A DNA stretch of 62,279 bases. It comes from Pseudomonadota bacterium. GTDB taxonomy: Bacteria; Pseudomonadota; Gammaproteobacteria; Enterobacterales; JBCCZV01. The stretch covers positions 1 to 62,279 of the forward strand of contig JBCCZV010000005.1 of NCBI GenBank assembly GCA_039187085.1. The letters run 5' to 3'. The translations under genes and the position numbers were made by a program. Under the pieces are notes generated by a model. That model ran no database searches. It had not been told where the DNA came from and saw only the letters and a program-made list of their open reading frames with translations. Positions 26,793 to 38,946 of this stretch are shown piece after piece (the first letter of the stretch is position 1; each line of letters starts with the position of its first letter).

Positions 26793-27029
26793 CTTATTCA
26801 TCATTGTCTTCACAAAATTTTCTCCATACTAAACTTTCAGCTTATGTCAGTAGTGGACACATTCTCGTTGATAGCATAAAATTACTCTCCAGCCAATGAT
26901 GTGGTTGTCGCCGGTTCTGTACACCGAATGAGACCCATTCCTTAGTATGTATCTTTTAATTCCACAATCTCAATGTTAGAGGGTAATGACCTTTGACTGA
27001 GTTTTACGCACGTCTTTTTGGAGGGTCGC

Positions 27030-28154
27030 TTGAATAAACCAGCAGTGTTAGTGTTGGAAGATGGTAGTGTTTTTCACGGAACGTCAATGGGTGCCAATGG
27101 AAATTCTGTTGGTGAAGTGGTTTTTAATACTTCGATGACGGGCTATCAAGAAATTATTACCGATCCGTCTTATGCCAAACAAATAGTCACCTTGACTTAT
27201 CCTCATATTGGTAATACCGGAATAAACTCAGAAGATGAAGAGTCTGATAAAACCTGGCTATCGGGGCTTATCATTCGCGATCTTCCTGCTTTAGCATCCA
27301 ATTTTCGAAAAGAAAATGATTTATCCCATTATTTGCAAGAGCGACATATCGTGGCCATTGCAGATATCGACACACGTCGTTTAACACGGCATTTAAGAAC
27401 ACACGGTGCTTTGTCTGGTTGTATATCCACCGACGTTGCTGAAATCTCTGAAGCGTTAAAAAACGCCCAAGCTTTCCCAGGATTAAAAGGCATGGATTTG
27501 GCGCGTTTAGTCACAACATCAGCGCCATATGCTTTTAGCCAGGGTGAATGGTCTTTGGGGCACGGATTTTCTAGCGAAAACGCAAAAAAGTTCAAAGTGG
27601 TTGCTTATGATTTTGGTGTTAAGAAAAATATTTTACGAATGTTAGTTGAACGTGGTGCTGATGTGACAGTGGTTCCAGCCAGTACCTCAGCTGAAGAAGC
27701 ATTAAGTCACCAGCCTGACGGGATTTTTTTATCAAACGGTCCCGGTGATCCTGAACCTTGTGATTACGCGATCGAAGCCATCAAACACTTTTTAGTGCAA
27801 GGCATACCTGTATTTGGTATCTGTCTCGGTCATCAGCTTTTAGCTCTCGCTACGGGGGCAACGACCATGAAAATGAAATTTGGTCATCATGGTGCCAATC
27901 ATCCTGTGAAAGACTTACAAAAGAGCCGAGTGATGATTACTAGCCAAAATCATGGTTTTGCTATTGATGATAAACACATTCCTGATACGTTAGACATTTC
28001 TCATGTCTCTTTGTTTGATGGCACGATTCAAGGGGTTCAACACAAAGAAAAACCCGCCTTTGGTTTTCAAGGACATCCCGAGGCCAGTCCTGGCCCTCAT
28101 GATGCAGCTGAGCTTTTCGATCATTTTTTCAGCCTCATGGATAAGCAAAATTAA
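27030..28154 (+). CDS. carA: Carbamoyl-phosphate synthase small (glutaminase) subunit
   Basis: [18 protein letters not shown]...[20 protein letters not shown] and the GICLGHQLL catalytic Cys. The likely start is TTG 27030, 5 nt after GGAGGG (E. coli carA also uses UUG). The track start is 27018. Confidence 0.95.
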   Translation: MNKPAVLVLEDGSVFHGTSMGANGNSVGEVVFNTSMTGYQEIITDPSYAKQIVTLTYPHIGNTGINSEDEESDKTWLSGLIIRDLPALASNFRKENDLSHYLQERHIVAIADIDTRRLTRHLRTHGALSGCISTDVAEISEALKNAQAFPGLKGMDLARLVTTSAPYAFSQGEWSLGHGFSSENAKKFKVVAYDFGVKKNILRMLVERGADVTVVPASTSAEEALSHQPDGIFLSNGPGDPEPCDYAIEAIKHFLVQGIPVFGICLGHQLLALATGATTMKMKFGHHGANHPVKDLQKSRVMITSQNHGFAIDDKHIPDTLDISHVSLFDGTIQGVQHKEKPAFGFQGHPEASPGPHDAAELFDHFFSLMDKQN

Positions 28155-28233
28155 GTAATGAGCAAATAATTTGCTGAAGATACCAACAAGATATTTCGAA
28201 CACTGAATTCACTGTATTGAAAAGGCGGAAACG

Positions 28234-31200
28234 ATGCCGAAGAGAAGCGACATACAAAGCATATTAATCATTGGTGCCGGACCTATCGTGATAGGCCAAG
28301 CTTGTGAGTTTGATTACTCCGGTGCTCAAGCCTGTAAAGCTCTAAAAGAAGAAGGTTTTAAGGTCATATTGGTTAACTCGAATCCTGCAACCATTATGAC
28401 TGACCCTAACATGGCTGATGTCACTTACATTGAGCCTATCCAATGGGATATTGTTGAAAAAATTATAGAAAAAGAGCGCCCAGATGCGATTTTACCCACC
28501 ATGGGTGGACAAACCGCATTAAATTGTGCACTCGATTTAGCCAAACATGGTGTGCTTGAGAAATTTGGCGTCACGATGATTGGCGCGACAAAGGAAGCGA
28601 TCGATAAAGCGGAAGATCGTGAAAAATTTGCTAAAGCGATGAAGAAGCTTGGCTTAGATATGCCAAAAGCTGGGTTAGCACACTCTATGGATGAGTCATT
28701 AGCCGTACTGGATAAAATCGGCTTTCCATGTATCATCCGCCCTTCATTCACTATGGGTGGAACCGGCGGTGGTATCGCTTACAACCGCGAAGAATTTATC
28801 GAAATCTGCGAAAGAGGTTTAGATCTATCTCCGACAAGTGAGCTCTTAATTGATGAATCCTTGATCGGTTGGAAAGAGTATGAAATGGAAGTGGTCCGTG
28901 ATAAAAACGACAATTGCATTATCGTTTGTTCTATCGAAAACTTTGACCCTATGGGTGTGCATACAGGGGATTCAATCACTGTCGCACCAGCACAAACTTT
29001 AACGGATAAAGAATACCAAATCATGCGTAATGCTTCTATGGAGGTATTGCGTGAAATTGGTGTAGAAACAGGCGGTTCAAACGTGCAATTTGCCGTTAAT
29101 CCTGAAAATGGTCGCATGGTTGTTATCGAAATGAACCCACGTGTTTCGCGCTCATCAGCTTTGGCTTCAAAAGCGACGGGTTTTCCTATCGCAAAAGTTG
29201 CGGCGAAACTGGCTGTGGGTTATACATTGGATGAACTGCAAAATGATATCACTTCTGGTAAAACCCCAGCTTCTTTCGAGCCGAGTATCGATTATGTGGT
29301 AACAAAAATTCCGCGCTTTAACTTCGAAAAATTTCCCAATAGTGATGCTACTTTAACCACGCAAATGAAGTCTGTGGGCGAAGTCATGGCAATTGGTCGA
29401 ACTTTCCAAGAGTCCATGCAAAAAGCAATTCGTGGCTTGGAAGTGGGTATGACAGGTTTTGATGAAGTCGGCGATACCGATATCGAGAATTACAATGATC
29501 AATTGAAAAGTCATTTGTTAGTACCTGGAGCGCATCGTTTATGGTGGATAGGCCAAGCGTTTCGACAAGGGTTTACACGTGATGATGTACATAAACTGAC
29601 TTTGATCGAACCTTGGTTTCTGGTTCAATTAGAAGAGTTAATTCAGCTTGAACAAGAAGTAAAAAAACAAGGCGTGTCGGGTTTGACGGCACCATTTTTG
29701 CGATATTTAAAACGTAAAGGGTTTTCCGATGCGCGTTTGGGCGCTTTAGTTGATACAACGGAGCGTGCTATTCGCCAGCGTCGGATCAACTACGGAATTT
29801 TTCCAGTCTACAAACGTGTTGACACCTGTGCTGCCGAATTCTCTACCAGTACTGCTTATATGTATTCCACCTATGAAGAAGAGTGTGAAGCGGAACCCAC
29901 AGAAAAAGATAAAGTTATTATTTTAGGTGGAGGCCCGAATCGCATTGGTCAGGGTATCGAGTTTGATTATTGCTGTGTGCACGCTGCTTTAGCGTTACGC
30001 GAAGATGGTTATGAAACCATCATGATTAATTGTAACCCTGAAACAGTATCAACAGATTACGATACTTCCGATCGTTTGTACTTTGAACCAGTGACTTTAG
30101 AAGATGTTCTCGAAATTGTTCGTGTTGAAAAACCTAAAGGTGTTATTGTGCACTATGGTGGACAAACGCCGTTAAAGTTATCCATTTCGTTGGAAGCAGC
30201 GGGTGTTCCCATTGTTGGCACATCACCGGATGCTATCGATCGTGCGGAAGACAGAGAAAGATTCAAAAAAGTTATCGATAAATTAGGATTGAAGCAACCG
30301 CCTAATCGGACTGTACGTAGCGTTGATGAAGCAATGGTCATGGCCAAGGAAATTGGTTATCCATTAGTTGTTAGGCCGTCTTATGTGCTAGGTGGTCGGG
30401 CGATGGAAATCGTTTATAACGACGATGAACTACGTAACTACATGAAAGATGCGGTTTCTGTTTCCCACGAATCCCCTGTGTTATTAGATCGCTTTTTAAA
30501 TGATGCTATCGAAGTGGATATTGATGCGATTTATGACGGCAACCAAATATTATTAGGTGGTATCATGGAACATATAGAACAGGCGGGAGTTCACTCTGGT
30601 GACTCGGCCTGCTCTATACCCCCTTACACTTTAAGCATGGCGATGCAGGATCAAATGCGACAACAAATGCAAATGTTAGCTAAAGAGCTTGAAGTTGTGG
30701 GTTTGATGAATGCGCAGTTTGCGATTCAAGGTGATACGATTTATGTGCTGGAAGTTAACCCTCGTGCTTCTCGAACAGTGCCTTTTGTTTCAAAGGCCAC
30801 AGGCTTAGCATTAGCAAAAATTGCTGCAAGGTGTATGATGGGATTTGATTTATCCCAACAAGGTGATTTGCAAGAAAAGATTCCGTCGTACTATTCTGTA
30901 AAAGCTCCTGTTTTTCCCTTTAATAAGTTTCCTGGTTCGGATCCCATTCTAGGGCCAGAAATGAAATCAACAGGTGAAGTGATGGGGGTAGGAATGAACT
31001 TTGGTCAAGCGAGCTTTAAGGCTAAGCTTGGTTCCGGTTCCAATGCACCTAAAGGTGGTAAGGCAATCATTTCTGTTCGCGATGCGGATAAAGGAAGAGT
31101 TGCAGAAGCGGCTCGTAATTTAATCGAGCAAGGGTTTAAGCTTTATGCCACCGATAATACCGCCAAGGTGCTGACAGCAGCGGGTGTTGCTTGCGAACGA

Positions 31201-31446
31201 ATTAATAAAGTTTACGAAGGGCGTCCCCATATTGTTGATATGATTAAAAATGATGAAGCCAGTTACATTGTGAATACAACGGAAGGAAAACAAGCTATCG
31301 CTGACTCCTTTATGATAAGACGTTCAGCGCTACAGCATAATGTGCCCTACACAACGACGCTTAATGGCTGTATAGCCACATGTATGAGCATTCGGGATGA
31401 AGATCGTACACACGTCGTTTCGCTTCAAGAGTTACATAAGAGGTAA
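28234..31446 (+). CDS. carB: Carbamoyl-phosphate synthase large subunit
   Basis: 1070 aa with a duplicated ATP-grasp architecture. [33 protein letters not shown].... Confidence 0.99.
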   Translation: MPKRSDIQSILIIGAGPIVIGQACEFDYSGAQACKALKEEGFKVILVNSNPATIMTDPNMADVTYIEPIQWDIVEKIIEKERPDAILPTMGGQTALNCALDLAKHGVLEKFGVTMIGATKEAIDKAEDREKFAKAMKKLGLDMPKAGLAHSMDESLAVLDKIGFPCIIRPSFTMGGTGGGIAYNREEFIEICERGLDLSPTSELLIDESLIGWKEYEMEVVRDKNDNCIIVCSIENFDPMGVHTGDSITVAPAQTLTDKEYQIMRNASMEVLREIGVETGGSNVQFAVNPENGRMVVIEMNPRVSRSSALASKATGFPIAKVAAKLAVGYTLDELQNDITSGKTPASFEPSIDYVVTKIPRFNFEKFPNSDATLTTQMKSVGEVMAIGRTFQESMQKAIRGLEVGMTGFDEVGDTDIENYNDQLKSHLLVPGAHRLWWIGQAFRQGFTRDDVHKLTLIEPWFLVQLEELIQLEQEVKKQGVSGLTAPFLRYLKRKGFSDARLGALVDTTERAIRQRRINYGIFPVYKRVDTCAAEFSTSTAYMYSTYEEECEAEPTEKDKVIILGGGPNRIGQGIEFDYCCVHAALALREDGYETIMINCNPETVSTDYDTSDRLYFEPVTLEDVLEIVRVEKPKGVIVHYGGQTPLKLSISLEAAGVPIVGTSPDAIDRAEDRERFKKVIDKLGLKQPPNRTVRSVDEAMVMAKEIGYPLVVRPSYVLGGRAMEIVYNDDELRNYMKDAVSVSHESPVLLDRFLNDAIEVDIDAIYDGNQILLGGIMEHIEQAGVHSGDSACSIPPYTLSMAMQDQMRQQMQMLAKELEVVGLMNAQFAIQGDTIYVLEVNPRASRTVPFVSKATGLALAKIAARCMMGFDLSQQGDLQEKIPSYYSVKAPVFPFNKFPGSDPILGPEMKSTGEVMGVGMNFGQASFKAKLGSGSNAPKGGKAIISVRDADKGRVAEAARNLIEQGFKLYATDNTAKVLTAAGVACERINKVYEGRPHIVDMIKNDEASYIVNTTEGKQAIADSFMIRRSALQHNVPYTTTLNGCIATCMSIRDEDRTHVVSLQELHKR

Positions 31447-31449
31447 AAA

Positions 31450-31926
31450 ATGCAAAAATTTCCGATGACAGTCAAAGGTGCCGAAGCATTACGTGTCGAG
31501 TTGGAAGAACTAAAAAATGTGATGCGCCCTAAAATTGTTGAAGCCATCGCCGAAGCACGGGCGCACGGTGATCTGAAAGAAAACGCTGAATATCATGCTG
31601 CACGTGAACAACAAGGCTTTACCGAAGGTCGTATCGCTGAGATTGAGGGTAAACTCAGTAATGCTCAAATCATTGACGTCACAAAAATGGATAACGAGGG
31701 TAAAGTGATTTTCGGTGCAACTATTACTTTAACCAAATTAAGTCATGATGAAGAAACAACGTATCGAATTGTCGGTGATGACGAAGCTGATATTAAAGCA
31801 GGTTTACTTTCGGTCAATTCTCCTATAGCGCGTGCAATTATTGGTAAACTTGAAGGTGATGAAGTGACCGTTGCTGCGCCAGGTGGAGAAGTGGTATACG
31901 AAATTTCAGAAGTTGAATATATATAA
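31450..31926 (+). CDS. greA: Transcription elongation factor GreA
   Basis: PMT.KGAE.LR.EL..LK...RP.I...[29 protein letters not shown]. Confidence 0.97.
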   Translation: MQKFPMTVKGAEALRVELEELKNVMRPKIVEAIAEARAHGDLKENAEYHAAREQQGFTEGRIAEIEGKLSNAQIIDVTKMDNEGKVIFGATITLTKLSHDEETTYRIVGDDEADIKAGLLSVNSPIARAIIGKLEGDEVTVAAPGGEVVYEISEVEYI

Positions 31927-31979
31927 AGTCGTATACTTTAAAAAACCCGATGGGTAAGGCGGGCGCGTTAGCAGAAAGA

Positions 31980-32273
31980 TTACTGAGGTAAAGTAATCTT
32001 CTGTTTTTTACTGGGTTTGTAAAGCGTCAGAGTATGTCCAATGGTTTGTACATGCTCAGCTTCTGTTTGTTTGATGATACGTTCTATCATCTGACGCTTA
32101 TCTTCTCGGTCTTCTGCGCGAACTTTAACCTTAATTAATTCATGTGCTTCCAACGTGATTTTAATCTCTTCAATAACGCCTTCAGTGATTCCTGCTGCCC
32201 CAGTGAGTACCGTGGGTTTAAGGCTATGAGCTTGCTGACGTAAAAAGCGAATTTGGGTATTACTTAATGGCAT
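31980..32273 (-). CDS. yhbY: Ribosome assembly RNA-binding protein YhbY (CRM domain)
   Basis: LSNTQIRFLRQQAHSLKP.V..G..G.TEGVI.EI...L..HELIKVKV. It is divergent from rlmE, as in E. coli and Pseudomonas. Confidence 0.9.
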   Translation of the reverse strand: MPLSNTQIRFLRQQAHSLKPTVLTGAAGITEGVIEEIKITLEAHELIKVKVRAEDREDKRQMIERIIKQTEAEHVQTIGHTLTLYKPSKKQKITLPQ

Positions 32274-32315
32274 AATAAGGTTTTTCCATCCTATAACCGG
32301 TTTATCATTTGAGAG

Positions 32316-32579
32316 GTGGTAATGTTACGTAGTTCTGAGCCTATGAAGCAACAAAAAAAACAGCTTTTATGGTTGATTTTTCTGGGTGGTGTTTTGTTTG
32401 CTTTGTTACCAGATAGCCTATCTGATTGGAAGCAGTTGATAATCTGTACAAGTTTTGGTGTGATGGGGGCTTTCTGGATTCTTCTCAAAAGCCTGAAAAA
32501 TCAAGCACAATTGCATAATGAAAGAGAGATGGCTACCTCAAAGCCATCATCGGAAATAGATACGGGTACAGAGAGCTAA
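32316..32579 (+). CDS. Possible small 2-TM membrane protein (hypothetical)
   Basis: ORF with two hydrophobic segments (LLWLIFLGGVLFALL, LIICTSFGVMGAFWILL). No family recognised and the start is uncertain. Confidence 0.3.
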   Translation: MVMLRSSEPMKQQKKQLLWLIFLGGVLFALLPDSLSDWKQLIICTSFGVMGAFWILLKSLKNQAQLHNEREMATSKPSSEIDTGTES

Positions 32580-32705
32580 ATCTGTTGAACCCACGCGTTT
32601 ATCGAGTTTTCTTGGAAGTACTCTAAAAGTGATACCGTTAAAAAGAAAAAGTCTTTAAAGTAGTAAGATGAACTGGGTAGTATTGATTGTGGGTTTTAAA
32701 CATTA

Positions 32706-33323
32706 ATGGCTAGAAGTAAAAGTAGTAAGCGTTGGTTAAAAGAACACTTCGATGATCACTTTGTGCGTGAATCACAAAAAAAAGGTTATCGCTCACGTGC
32801 TGTCTTTAAATTAGAAGAACTCAATGACAGGGACAATTTAATAAGAGCAAATCAACACATTATCGATCTTGGCGCTGCGCCAGGAGGTTGGTCGGAATAT
32901 GCATTGTCCGCATCCAATTTTAAAAGTCATGTGATCGGCCTGGATATCCTGCCCATTGACCCTATAGAAGGTGTTGAGTTTATTCAGGGTGACTTTACTG
33001 AACAAAAGGTTTTAGATGAGCTTTTAAAATTGCTCAATGGACAGCAAGTTGATCTTGTTTTATCGGATATGGCCCCCAATATTAGTGGTTTAGAGGCTGT
33101 TGATCAGCCAAAATCGATGTATCTTTGTGAACTCGCTTTAGAACTCGCTACAGAAGTTTCCAAAACCGGCTCAAACTTCGTTTGTAAAGTTTTTCAAGGG
33201 AGCGGGTTTGATGAATATCTCAAGAAGGTGAGACTTACTTATCAAACTGTCAAGATAAGAAAGCCCAAAGCCTCACGGGATCGCTCCAAAGAAGTGTATA
33301 TTGTGGGTTTAGGTTTTAAATAA
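32706..33323 (+). CDS. rlmE: 23S rRNA U2552 2'-O-methyltransferase RlmE (FtsJ)
   Basis: SKRWLKEHFDD.FV...QK.GYRSRA.FKL.EL......I......DLGAAPGGWS...V.SDMAPN.SG. Confidence 0.95.
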   Translation: MARSKSSKRWLKEHFDDHFVRESQKKGYRSRAVFKLEELNDRDNLIRANQHIIDLGAAPGGWSEYALSASNFKSHVIGLDILPIDPIEGVEFIQGDFTEQKVLDELLKLLNGQQVDLVLSDMAPNISGLEAVDQPKSMYLCELALELATEVSKTGSNFVCKVFQGSGFDEYLKKVRLTYQTVKIRKPKASRDRSKEVYIVGLGFK

Positions 33324-33537
33324 ACCATAAAACGAAATGACGCGTTACACTTTAGGAGACGTCGCGAAACTAAAAAATGCGTACACTTCCGATTGAAAAC
33401 ACGTAAGTGTAAGTAGATATTTTCTTCATAGTATTGATAACAACACATCATAGAGGCTGAAATTAGCCATTAAGTTGTTATACATTTATCATTAATCTTA
33501 CGATTGATTGAACGAGAGGTCGAAAACTTTGAACGAT

Positions 33538-35448
33538 ATGGCAAAAAACATGCTGCTTTGGGCTATCATCGCAGTGGTCCTTCTGTTTGTATTTCAGAAT
33601 TTTAGTGCAAGTGCGCCAGGTGTCCAAAATATAGAGTTTTCGGAATTGCTACAAGACGTTCGTAAAGGTCGAGTAGAGTATGTAGAAATTTCGGGATTGG
33701 AAGCCAGTGGTTCTATGAGGAATGGTTCGCGCTTTACAACCTATATTCCTTACGGCACTTCCGAACTTTTCACCAAGGAACTCCTCGATTACAACATCCG
33801 AGTTGATGGTAAACCCATAGAAGAGCAAAGCTTTCTCATGACGCTTTTTGTTTCTTGGTTTCCTATTCTTTTGCTCATTGGTGTGTGGATATTCTTTATG
33901 CGTCAAATGCAAGGCGGTGGAGGCCGAGGCGCGATGTCATTCGGCAAAAGCAAAGCCAGAATGCTGAGTGAGGACCAAGTCAAAACCACCTTTAGCGACG
34001 TTGCCGGTTGCGATGAAGCCAAAGAAGAAGTCAGTGAACTCGTTGAATTCTTAAGAGATCCCGGTAAATTCCAAAAATTAGGAGGTAAGATACCGCGTGG
34101 TGTTCTTATGGTTGGTCCTCCTGGTACGGGTAAAACGCTTATCGCAAGAGCGATCGCAGGTGAAGCTAAAGTGCCGTTTTTTACCATTTCTGGCTCAGAC
34201 TTTGTAGAGATGTTTGTTGGCGTAGGTGCCTCGCGTGTTAGAGATATGTTCGACCAAGCTAAGAAACATGCTCCTTGCATCATCTTTATTGACGAAATTG
34301 ATGCAGTAGGTCGTCATCGTGGTGCTGGTTTGGGTGGTGGTCATGATGAAAGAGAACAGACTTTAAATCAATTGTTAGTGGAGATGGATGGTTTCGAAGG
34401 TGGTGAAGGCGTCATCGTGATTGCTGCAACCAACCGGCCGGATGTCTTGGATCCTGCCCTATTAAGACCTGGTCGTTTTGACCGCCAAGTGGTGGTAGGC
34501 TTGCCCGATATTAAAGGCAGAGAACAGATTCTAAAAGTACACATGCGTAAAGTGCCAGTTGGTGACGATGTAGAGCCTATGGTGGTTGCTCGGGGTACAC
34601 CAGGTTTCTCCGGTGCTGAATTAGCGAACCTTGTGAATGAAGCGGCACTGTTTGCTGCTCGTGCTAATCGTCGCATTGTGGGTATGGAGGAATTTGATAA
34701 GGCACGTGACAAAATCATCATGGGTGCTGAGCGTCGCTCCATGGTCATGACTGAAGAAGAAAAACTCAACACTGCCTATCATGAATCGGGTCACGCGATA
34801 GTCGCTTATCTCATGCCAGATTGTGACCCTGTTTATAAAGTGACTATTATACCAAGAGGTCGCGCTCTGGGAGTCACAATGATGTTACCAGAGCAAGATC
34901 GTTGGAGTGCGAGCCGTGAGTATTATGAAAGTCAACTATCCATGGCATTTGGAGGTAGGATTGCAGAAGAGCTAATCGGCGGTAAGGAAAAGGTTACTAA
35001 TGGTGCAGCTCAAGATATACAACAAGCCACCAAAATTGCGAGACATATGGTTACCCACTGGGGCTTCTCTGAAAGAATGGGGCCTATTTTGTACGCCGAA
35101 GATGAAGGTGAAGTCTTTTTAGGCCGCTCTGTAACACAGCATAAAAATATTTCTGACAGAACCGCTTTGGCTATTGATGAAGAAGTGCGCTCAATCATCG
35201 ATCGTAATTATGAAAGAGCTTATAAAATTCTTACCGATAATATGAATAAGCTACACGCCATGGCCAATGCATTAATGAAATTTGAAACTATTGACGCTAA
35301 GCAAGTAAAAGAAATTATGGAAGGCCGCGAGGTCACTCCACCTAAAGATTGGGATGGACCGACTGATGGTGGGGCTAAAACAGGTGAGTCTTCAGAGGAA
35401 GAAACGGTTAAGCAGCCACCTATAGGTGGTCCAGCTAGCGAGCACTAA
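33538..35448 (+). CDS. ftsH: ATP-dependent zinc metalloprotease FtsH
   Basis: Start at Met11 ([22 protein letters not shown], compare E. coli MAKNLILWLVIAVVLMSVFQSF). Walker [13 protein letters not shown] region and HESGHA zinc motif. Confidence 0.98.
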   Translation: MAKNMLLWAIIAVVLLFVFQNFSASAPGVQNIEFSELLQDVRKGRVEYVEISGLEASGSMRNGSRFTTYIPYGTSELFTKELLDYNIRVDGKPIEEQSFLMTLFVSWFPILLLIGVWIFFMRQMQGGGGRGAMSFGKSKARMLSEDQVKTTFSDVAGCDEAKEEVSELVEFLRDPGKFQKLGGKIPRGVLMVGPPGTGKTLIARAIAGEAKVPFFTISGSDFVEMFVGVGASRVRDMFDQAKKHAPCIIFIDEIDAVGRHRGAGLGGGHDEREQTLNQLLVEMDGFEGGEGVIVIAATNRPDVLDPALLRPGRFDRQVVVGLPDIKGREQILKVHMRKVPVGDDVEPMVVARGTPGFSGAELANLVNEAALFAARANRRIVGMEEFDKARDKIIMGAERRSMVMTEEEKLNTAYHESGHAIVAYLMPDCDPVYKVTIIPRGRALGVTMMLPEQDRWSASREYYESQLSMAFGGRIAEELIGGKEKVTNGAAQDIQQATKIARHMVTHWGFSERMGPILYAEDEGEVFLGRSVTQHKNISDRTALAIDEEVRSIIDRNYERAYKILTDNMNKLHAMANALMKFETIDAKQVKEIMEGREVTPPKDWDGPTDGGAKTGESSEEETVKQPPIGGPASEH

Positions 35449-35465
35449 TGATTTACTAGCTTGTT

Positions 35466-36311
35466 ATGTCATCATTTCAAATAGGTAGGCACACTTTTTC
35501 TCATCAAGGTGCCTACATTATGGGTATTCTAAATGCCACCCCAGATTCATTCTCTGATGGTGGCCAATTCCTCAAACTCTCCGATGCGCAATTTCAAATT
35601 GATCAAATGATCGAGTCAGGGGCTGATATCATAGATATAGGCGGTGAAAGTACGCGTCCAGGAGCAGAAGTAGTCAGTGTTCAAAACGAACTTGATCGCG
35701 TCATGCCTGTTATAGAATTTGCTAAAACAACCAATATTGCAATATCTTTGGATACTCAAAAGACTGCGGTAATGGCTGAAGGTATTAAGTTGGGCATTGA
35801 TATGGTTAATGATATCAATGCATTACGCGATGAAGGGGCTGTAGAATTACTTGCTAAAAACTCTCATGTCAATGCTTGTTTGATGCATATGCAGGGTACG
35901 CCACAAACCATGCAGGTAGACCCCCAATACCATAATGTCGTTACCTCTGTCACTGATTTCCTGCAGCAGCGAACTAAACTATGCTTAACGAAAGGTATTA
36001 AAGAAGACAAGTTATTGTGGGATCCAGGATTTGGATTTGGTAAAACATTAACCCATAATTATCAATTATTAGCTAACTTAAATCAGATTGTTGAATCGGC
36101 ACGGGGTGTACCCTTATTAGTTGGTTTATCGCGCAAGTCGATGTTTTCGAAACTGTTAAACATCGATACCACAGATACACTGATTCCTAGCGTGGTAGCC
36201 GCTGCCCTAGCTCAACGTGCAGGCGCTTTAATCTTCCGCGTTCACGATGTTGATGAAACGAAACAAGCGTTACAAATCTTGCAAGCTTGTTCAACGCACG
36301 GCGTTGTTTGA
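35466..36311 (+). CDS. folP: Dihydropteroate synthase
   Basis: IMGILNATPDSFSDGG, DIGGESTRPGA, DPGFGFGKT. Confidence 0.95.
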   Translation: MSSFQIGRHTFSHQGAYIMGILNATPDSFSDGGQFLKLSDAQFQIDQMIESGADIIDIGGESTRPGAEVVSVQNELDRVMPVIEFAKTTNIAISLDTQKTAVMAEGIKLGIDMVNDINALRDEGAVELLAKNSHVNACLMHMQGTPQTMQVDPQYHNVVTSVTDFLQQRTKLCLTKGIKEDKLLWDPGFGFGKTLTHNYQLLANLNQIVESARGVPLLVGLSRKSMFSKLLNIDTTDTLIPSVVAAALAQRAGALIFRVHDVDETKQALQILQACSTHGVV

Positions 36312-36354
36312 GTCACTCGCTCTTCGCAATCTTATCCTAGGTGTATAAATTATC

Positions 36355-37707
36355 ATGAAAAAACAATATTTTGGAACCGATGGTATTCGTGGCAAGGTTG
36401 GGGAATTCCCCATCAATGCAGAATTTATGCTCAAATTAGGCTGGGCTACGGGTAGAGTTTTAGCCAGCGACAAAAACCCTAGAGTGATCATCGGCAAAGA
36501 TACGCGTATTTCTGGATACTTGTTTGAATCATCATTAAAAGCCGGCTTGGTTGCTGCAGGTGTAGAAACTTTATTGATAGGGCCGATGCCTACACCTGGT
36601 ATTGCTTATCTAACGCGCACATTGCGGTGTAGTGCTGGTATCGTAATCAGTGCCTCGCATAATCCTTATTGGGATAATGGGATCAAGTTTTTCTCCAGTG
36701 AAGGCCTGAAACTCTCTGACGATGTTGAGTTAGAAATAGAAAAAGTATTAGCTGAGCCCATGCAAATGTGCGAGTCACATAAGTTAGGTAAAGCCAGGTA
36801 CGTCACAGATGCGGCAGGTCGCTATATTGAGTTTTGTAAAAGTACGGTGCCTTCAAGTATCAATTTGAAAGATCTCACCATTGTGATTGATTGTGCACAT
36901 GGAGCCACTTACCACATAGCTCCTGCGGTATTTCGTGAACTTGGGGCTAATGTCATTAAAATGGGTTGTGAGCCCAACGGTCTCAACATTAATGAAGGTT
37001 TCGGATCCACATCCCCACAAACTTTAGTAGAGAAAGTAAAAGAAACAGGAGCTGACTTAGGCATTGCTTTTGATGGTGATGGTGACCGCGTTATTATGGT
37101 TGATGAAAAAGGACAAATCGTTGATGGTGATGAATTTGTTTACATCATTGCGAGTGATTCGAAGCAATCAGGTCGATTACAAGGAGGGGTTGTTGGCACT
37201 TTGATGAGCAACCTCGGTCTAGAAATTGCTCTCAAAGAAAAAGAGATTCCGTTCGCACGAAGTAAGGTAGGCGACCGTTATGTCATGGAGCTTTTAAAAG
37301 ATAATGATTGGTTAGTTGGAGGTGAGTCTTCGGGCCATATCATCTGTTTAGATAAAACGAGTACAGGCGATGGTATCGTTGCAGCCTTACAAATATTATT
37401 GGCTATGAAGAAATCGCAAAAGTCATTGCACCAACTTAAATCAGAAATGGTGAAATATCCCCAAAAAATGATCAATGTCCGTTTTTCACAAACAGAGAGT
37501 GACCCGATTGAGCATCCTTCTGTAATTGATGCTGTAAAAAAAGTTGAAGATGAATTGGGCGAGGAAGGTCGAGTTCTGCTGCGTAAATCGGGGACAGAGC
37601 CGCTCATTAGAGTGATGGTAGAGGGTAAAAATAACGATGTTGTTACGACCAAAGCTGAACAATTAGCCAAAGTTGTTCGGGAAATTTGTCCAATACCCAC
37701 TCATTAA
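36355..37707 (+). CDS. glmM: Phosphoglucosamine mutase
   Basis: YFGTDGIRG, active-site [33 protein letters not shown]. Confidence 0.97.
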   Translation: MKKQYFGTDGIRGKVGEFPINAEFMLKLGWATGRVLASDKNPRVIIGKDTRISGYLFESSLKAGLVAAGVETLLIGPMPTPGIAYLTRTLRCSAGIVISASHNPYWDNGIKFFSSEGLKLSDDVELEIEKVLAEPMQMCESHKLGKARYVTDAAGRYIEFCKSTVPSSINLKDLTIVIDCAHGATYHIAPAVFRELGANVIKMGCEPNGLNINEGFGSTSPQTLVEKVKETGADLGIAFDGDGDRVIMVDEKGQIVDGDEFVYIIASDSKQSGRLQGGVVGTLMSNLGLEIALKEKEIPFARSKVGDRYVMELLKDNDWLVGGESSGHIICLDKTSTGDGIVAALQILLAMKKSQKSLHQLKSEMVKYPQKMINVRFSQTESDPIEHPSVIDAVKKVEDELGEEGRVLLRKSGTEPLIRVMVEGKNNDVVTTKAEQLAKVVREICPIPTH

Positions 37708-37830
37708 AGTGTTCTCATAATAAATAACGCAGGTTTTCAAGAGTAATCCTCTAGACGTTGCCTGCGTCATGTAAGATAATCTTTGTCATTGTTAGGTGTT
37801 TATTTTTAGGACAAACAGTAGGAAGACGCA

Positions 37831-38481
37831 ATGACTGCATCACTCGATATTGATGAACTATTTCATCTGGCTATTCATGCTTCAGGCGAAGGACGTTACG
37901 ACAGTGCCATCACCTTTCTTAAACAGGCTCTAGATCAAGAACCTGAAAATGCTGAAATGATTTATTTATTGGCTGCTCAACATGCACAATTAGGTATGTA
38001 TGATAGAGCCATAGCCGGCATGACTCGCTCTCTTGAATTAAAACCTGATCTGCATACGAACCGTTTTCAATTAGGTTTGTTGCATTTAACCCTAGGTCAA
38101 GTGGACTCTGCGGTATCTACATGGGAAGCGCTTGATAATCTTGAAGATCAAGAATCCTTAAAACTCTTCAAACAAGGTCTTTGCGCATTAATTCAGGAAG
38201 AATTGGATACCGCACATGCCAAATTGGACCAAGGTATACAAAACAATCAGGCTAATCCAGCGTTAAACAAAGATATGCAGAAAATTATTACAGAAATTAA
38301 AAAAATGCGTAATAACTCTGATGAAGCTCTGACAGGTGAAAATGCCACTGAAAATACAATGGATGATCAACAAGTACTTAAGCAACCCAACAATGAAAAT
38401 ACGCTAAAAACTTCTATTCCCAATCCTGTTTTGCTTTCTGCTTATCGACGTGACTCAGATAATGCAAATGATGATGATTAA
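37831..38481 (+). CDS. TPR-repeat protein with an acidic/polar C-terminal tail
   Basis: Three to four TPR-like units (YDSAITFLKQALDQEPENAEMIYLLAAQHAQLGMYDRAIAGMTRSLELKPD...). No specific family recognised. Confidence 0.6.
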   Translation: MTASLDIDELFHLAIHASGEGRYDSAITFLKQALDQEPENAEMIYLLAAQHAQLGMYDRAIAGMTRSLELKPDLHTNRFQLGLLHLTLGQVDSAVSTWEALDNLEDQESLKLFKQGLCALIQEELDTAHAKLDQGIQNNQANPALNKDMQKIITEIKKMRNNSDEALTGENATENTMDDQQVLKQPNNENTLKTSIPNPVLLSAYRRDSDNANDDD

Positions 38482-38522
38482 GCCATTTGTGAACTCTAAA
38501 AAAAATAGTAGAGTCGTTATTT

Positions 38523-38897
38523 ATGATTGATCGTGTATCGCGTATTGAGCGTATGATGCAAGTTGTGCGTGCTCAGCGTCATCAAAAACATACAACACCG
38601 AGTCCGACATTACCTCCATTGCATTCTACTTCGGATCATTTACAAATTGACTCTCCTACATCGCTTCAAACACAATTAAAAGCTTATTGTAAAGATTTAG
38701 ACTTACAAGATAAAATAGCGATGAAATCAGCACGAGCTTATGTATTAAAAGCAGTGTTGGTACATCAACTTGGCGAGGCTATTGAAAATGAGCCTGAGTT
38801 TGCTGGCATTTGTGATCGCATGATTATAAAAATTGAAAATAATGAAGAGTTAAAAACCTATTACAACGGTTTAATTCAATCCATTTTATCTTTGTAA
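38523..38897 (+). CDS. Hypothetical protein (124 aa)
   Basis: ORF 41 nt downstream of the TPR gene and likely co-transcribed. No motif recognised. Confidence 0.4.
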   Translation: MIDRVSRIERMMQVVRAQRHQKHTTPSPTLPPLHSTSDHLQIDSPTSLQTQLKAYCKDLDLQDKIAMKSARAYVLKAVLVHQLGEAIENEPEFAGICDRMIIKIENNEELKTYYNGLIQSILSL

Positions 38898-38946
38898 GAA
38901 CAGATAATAAAGAATGCATTAAAAATACACATAGCTTGTATTCAAT

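Noticed and set aside
26410-26899. Tracked ORFs 26410..26619 (-) and 26711..26899 (+) in the dapB-carA spacer
   Set aside because: They have no SD and no recognisable protein features. The region is better explained by the GGA-repeat RNA and its terminator.
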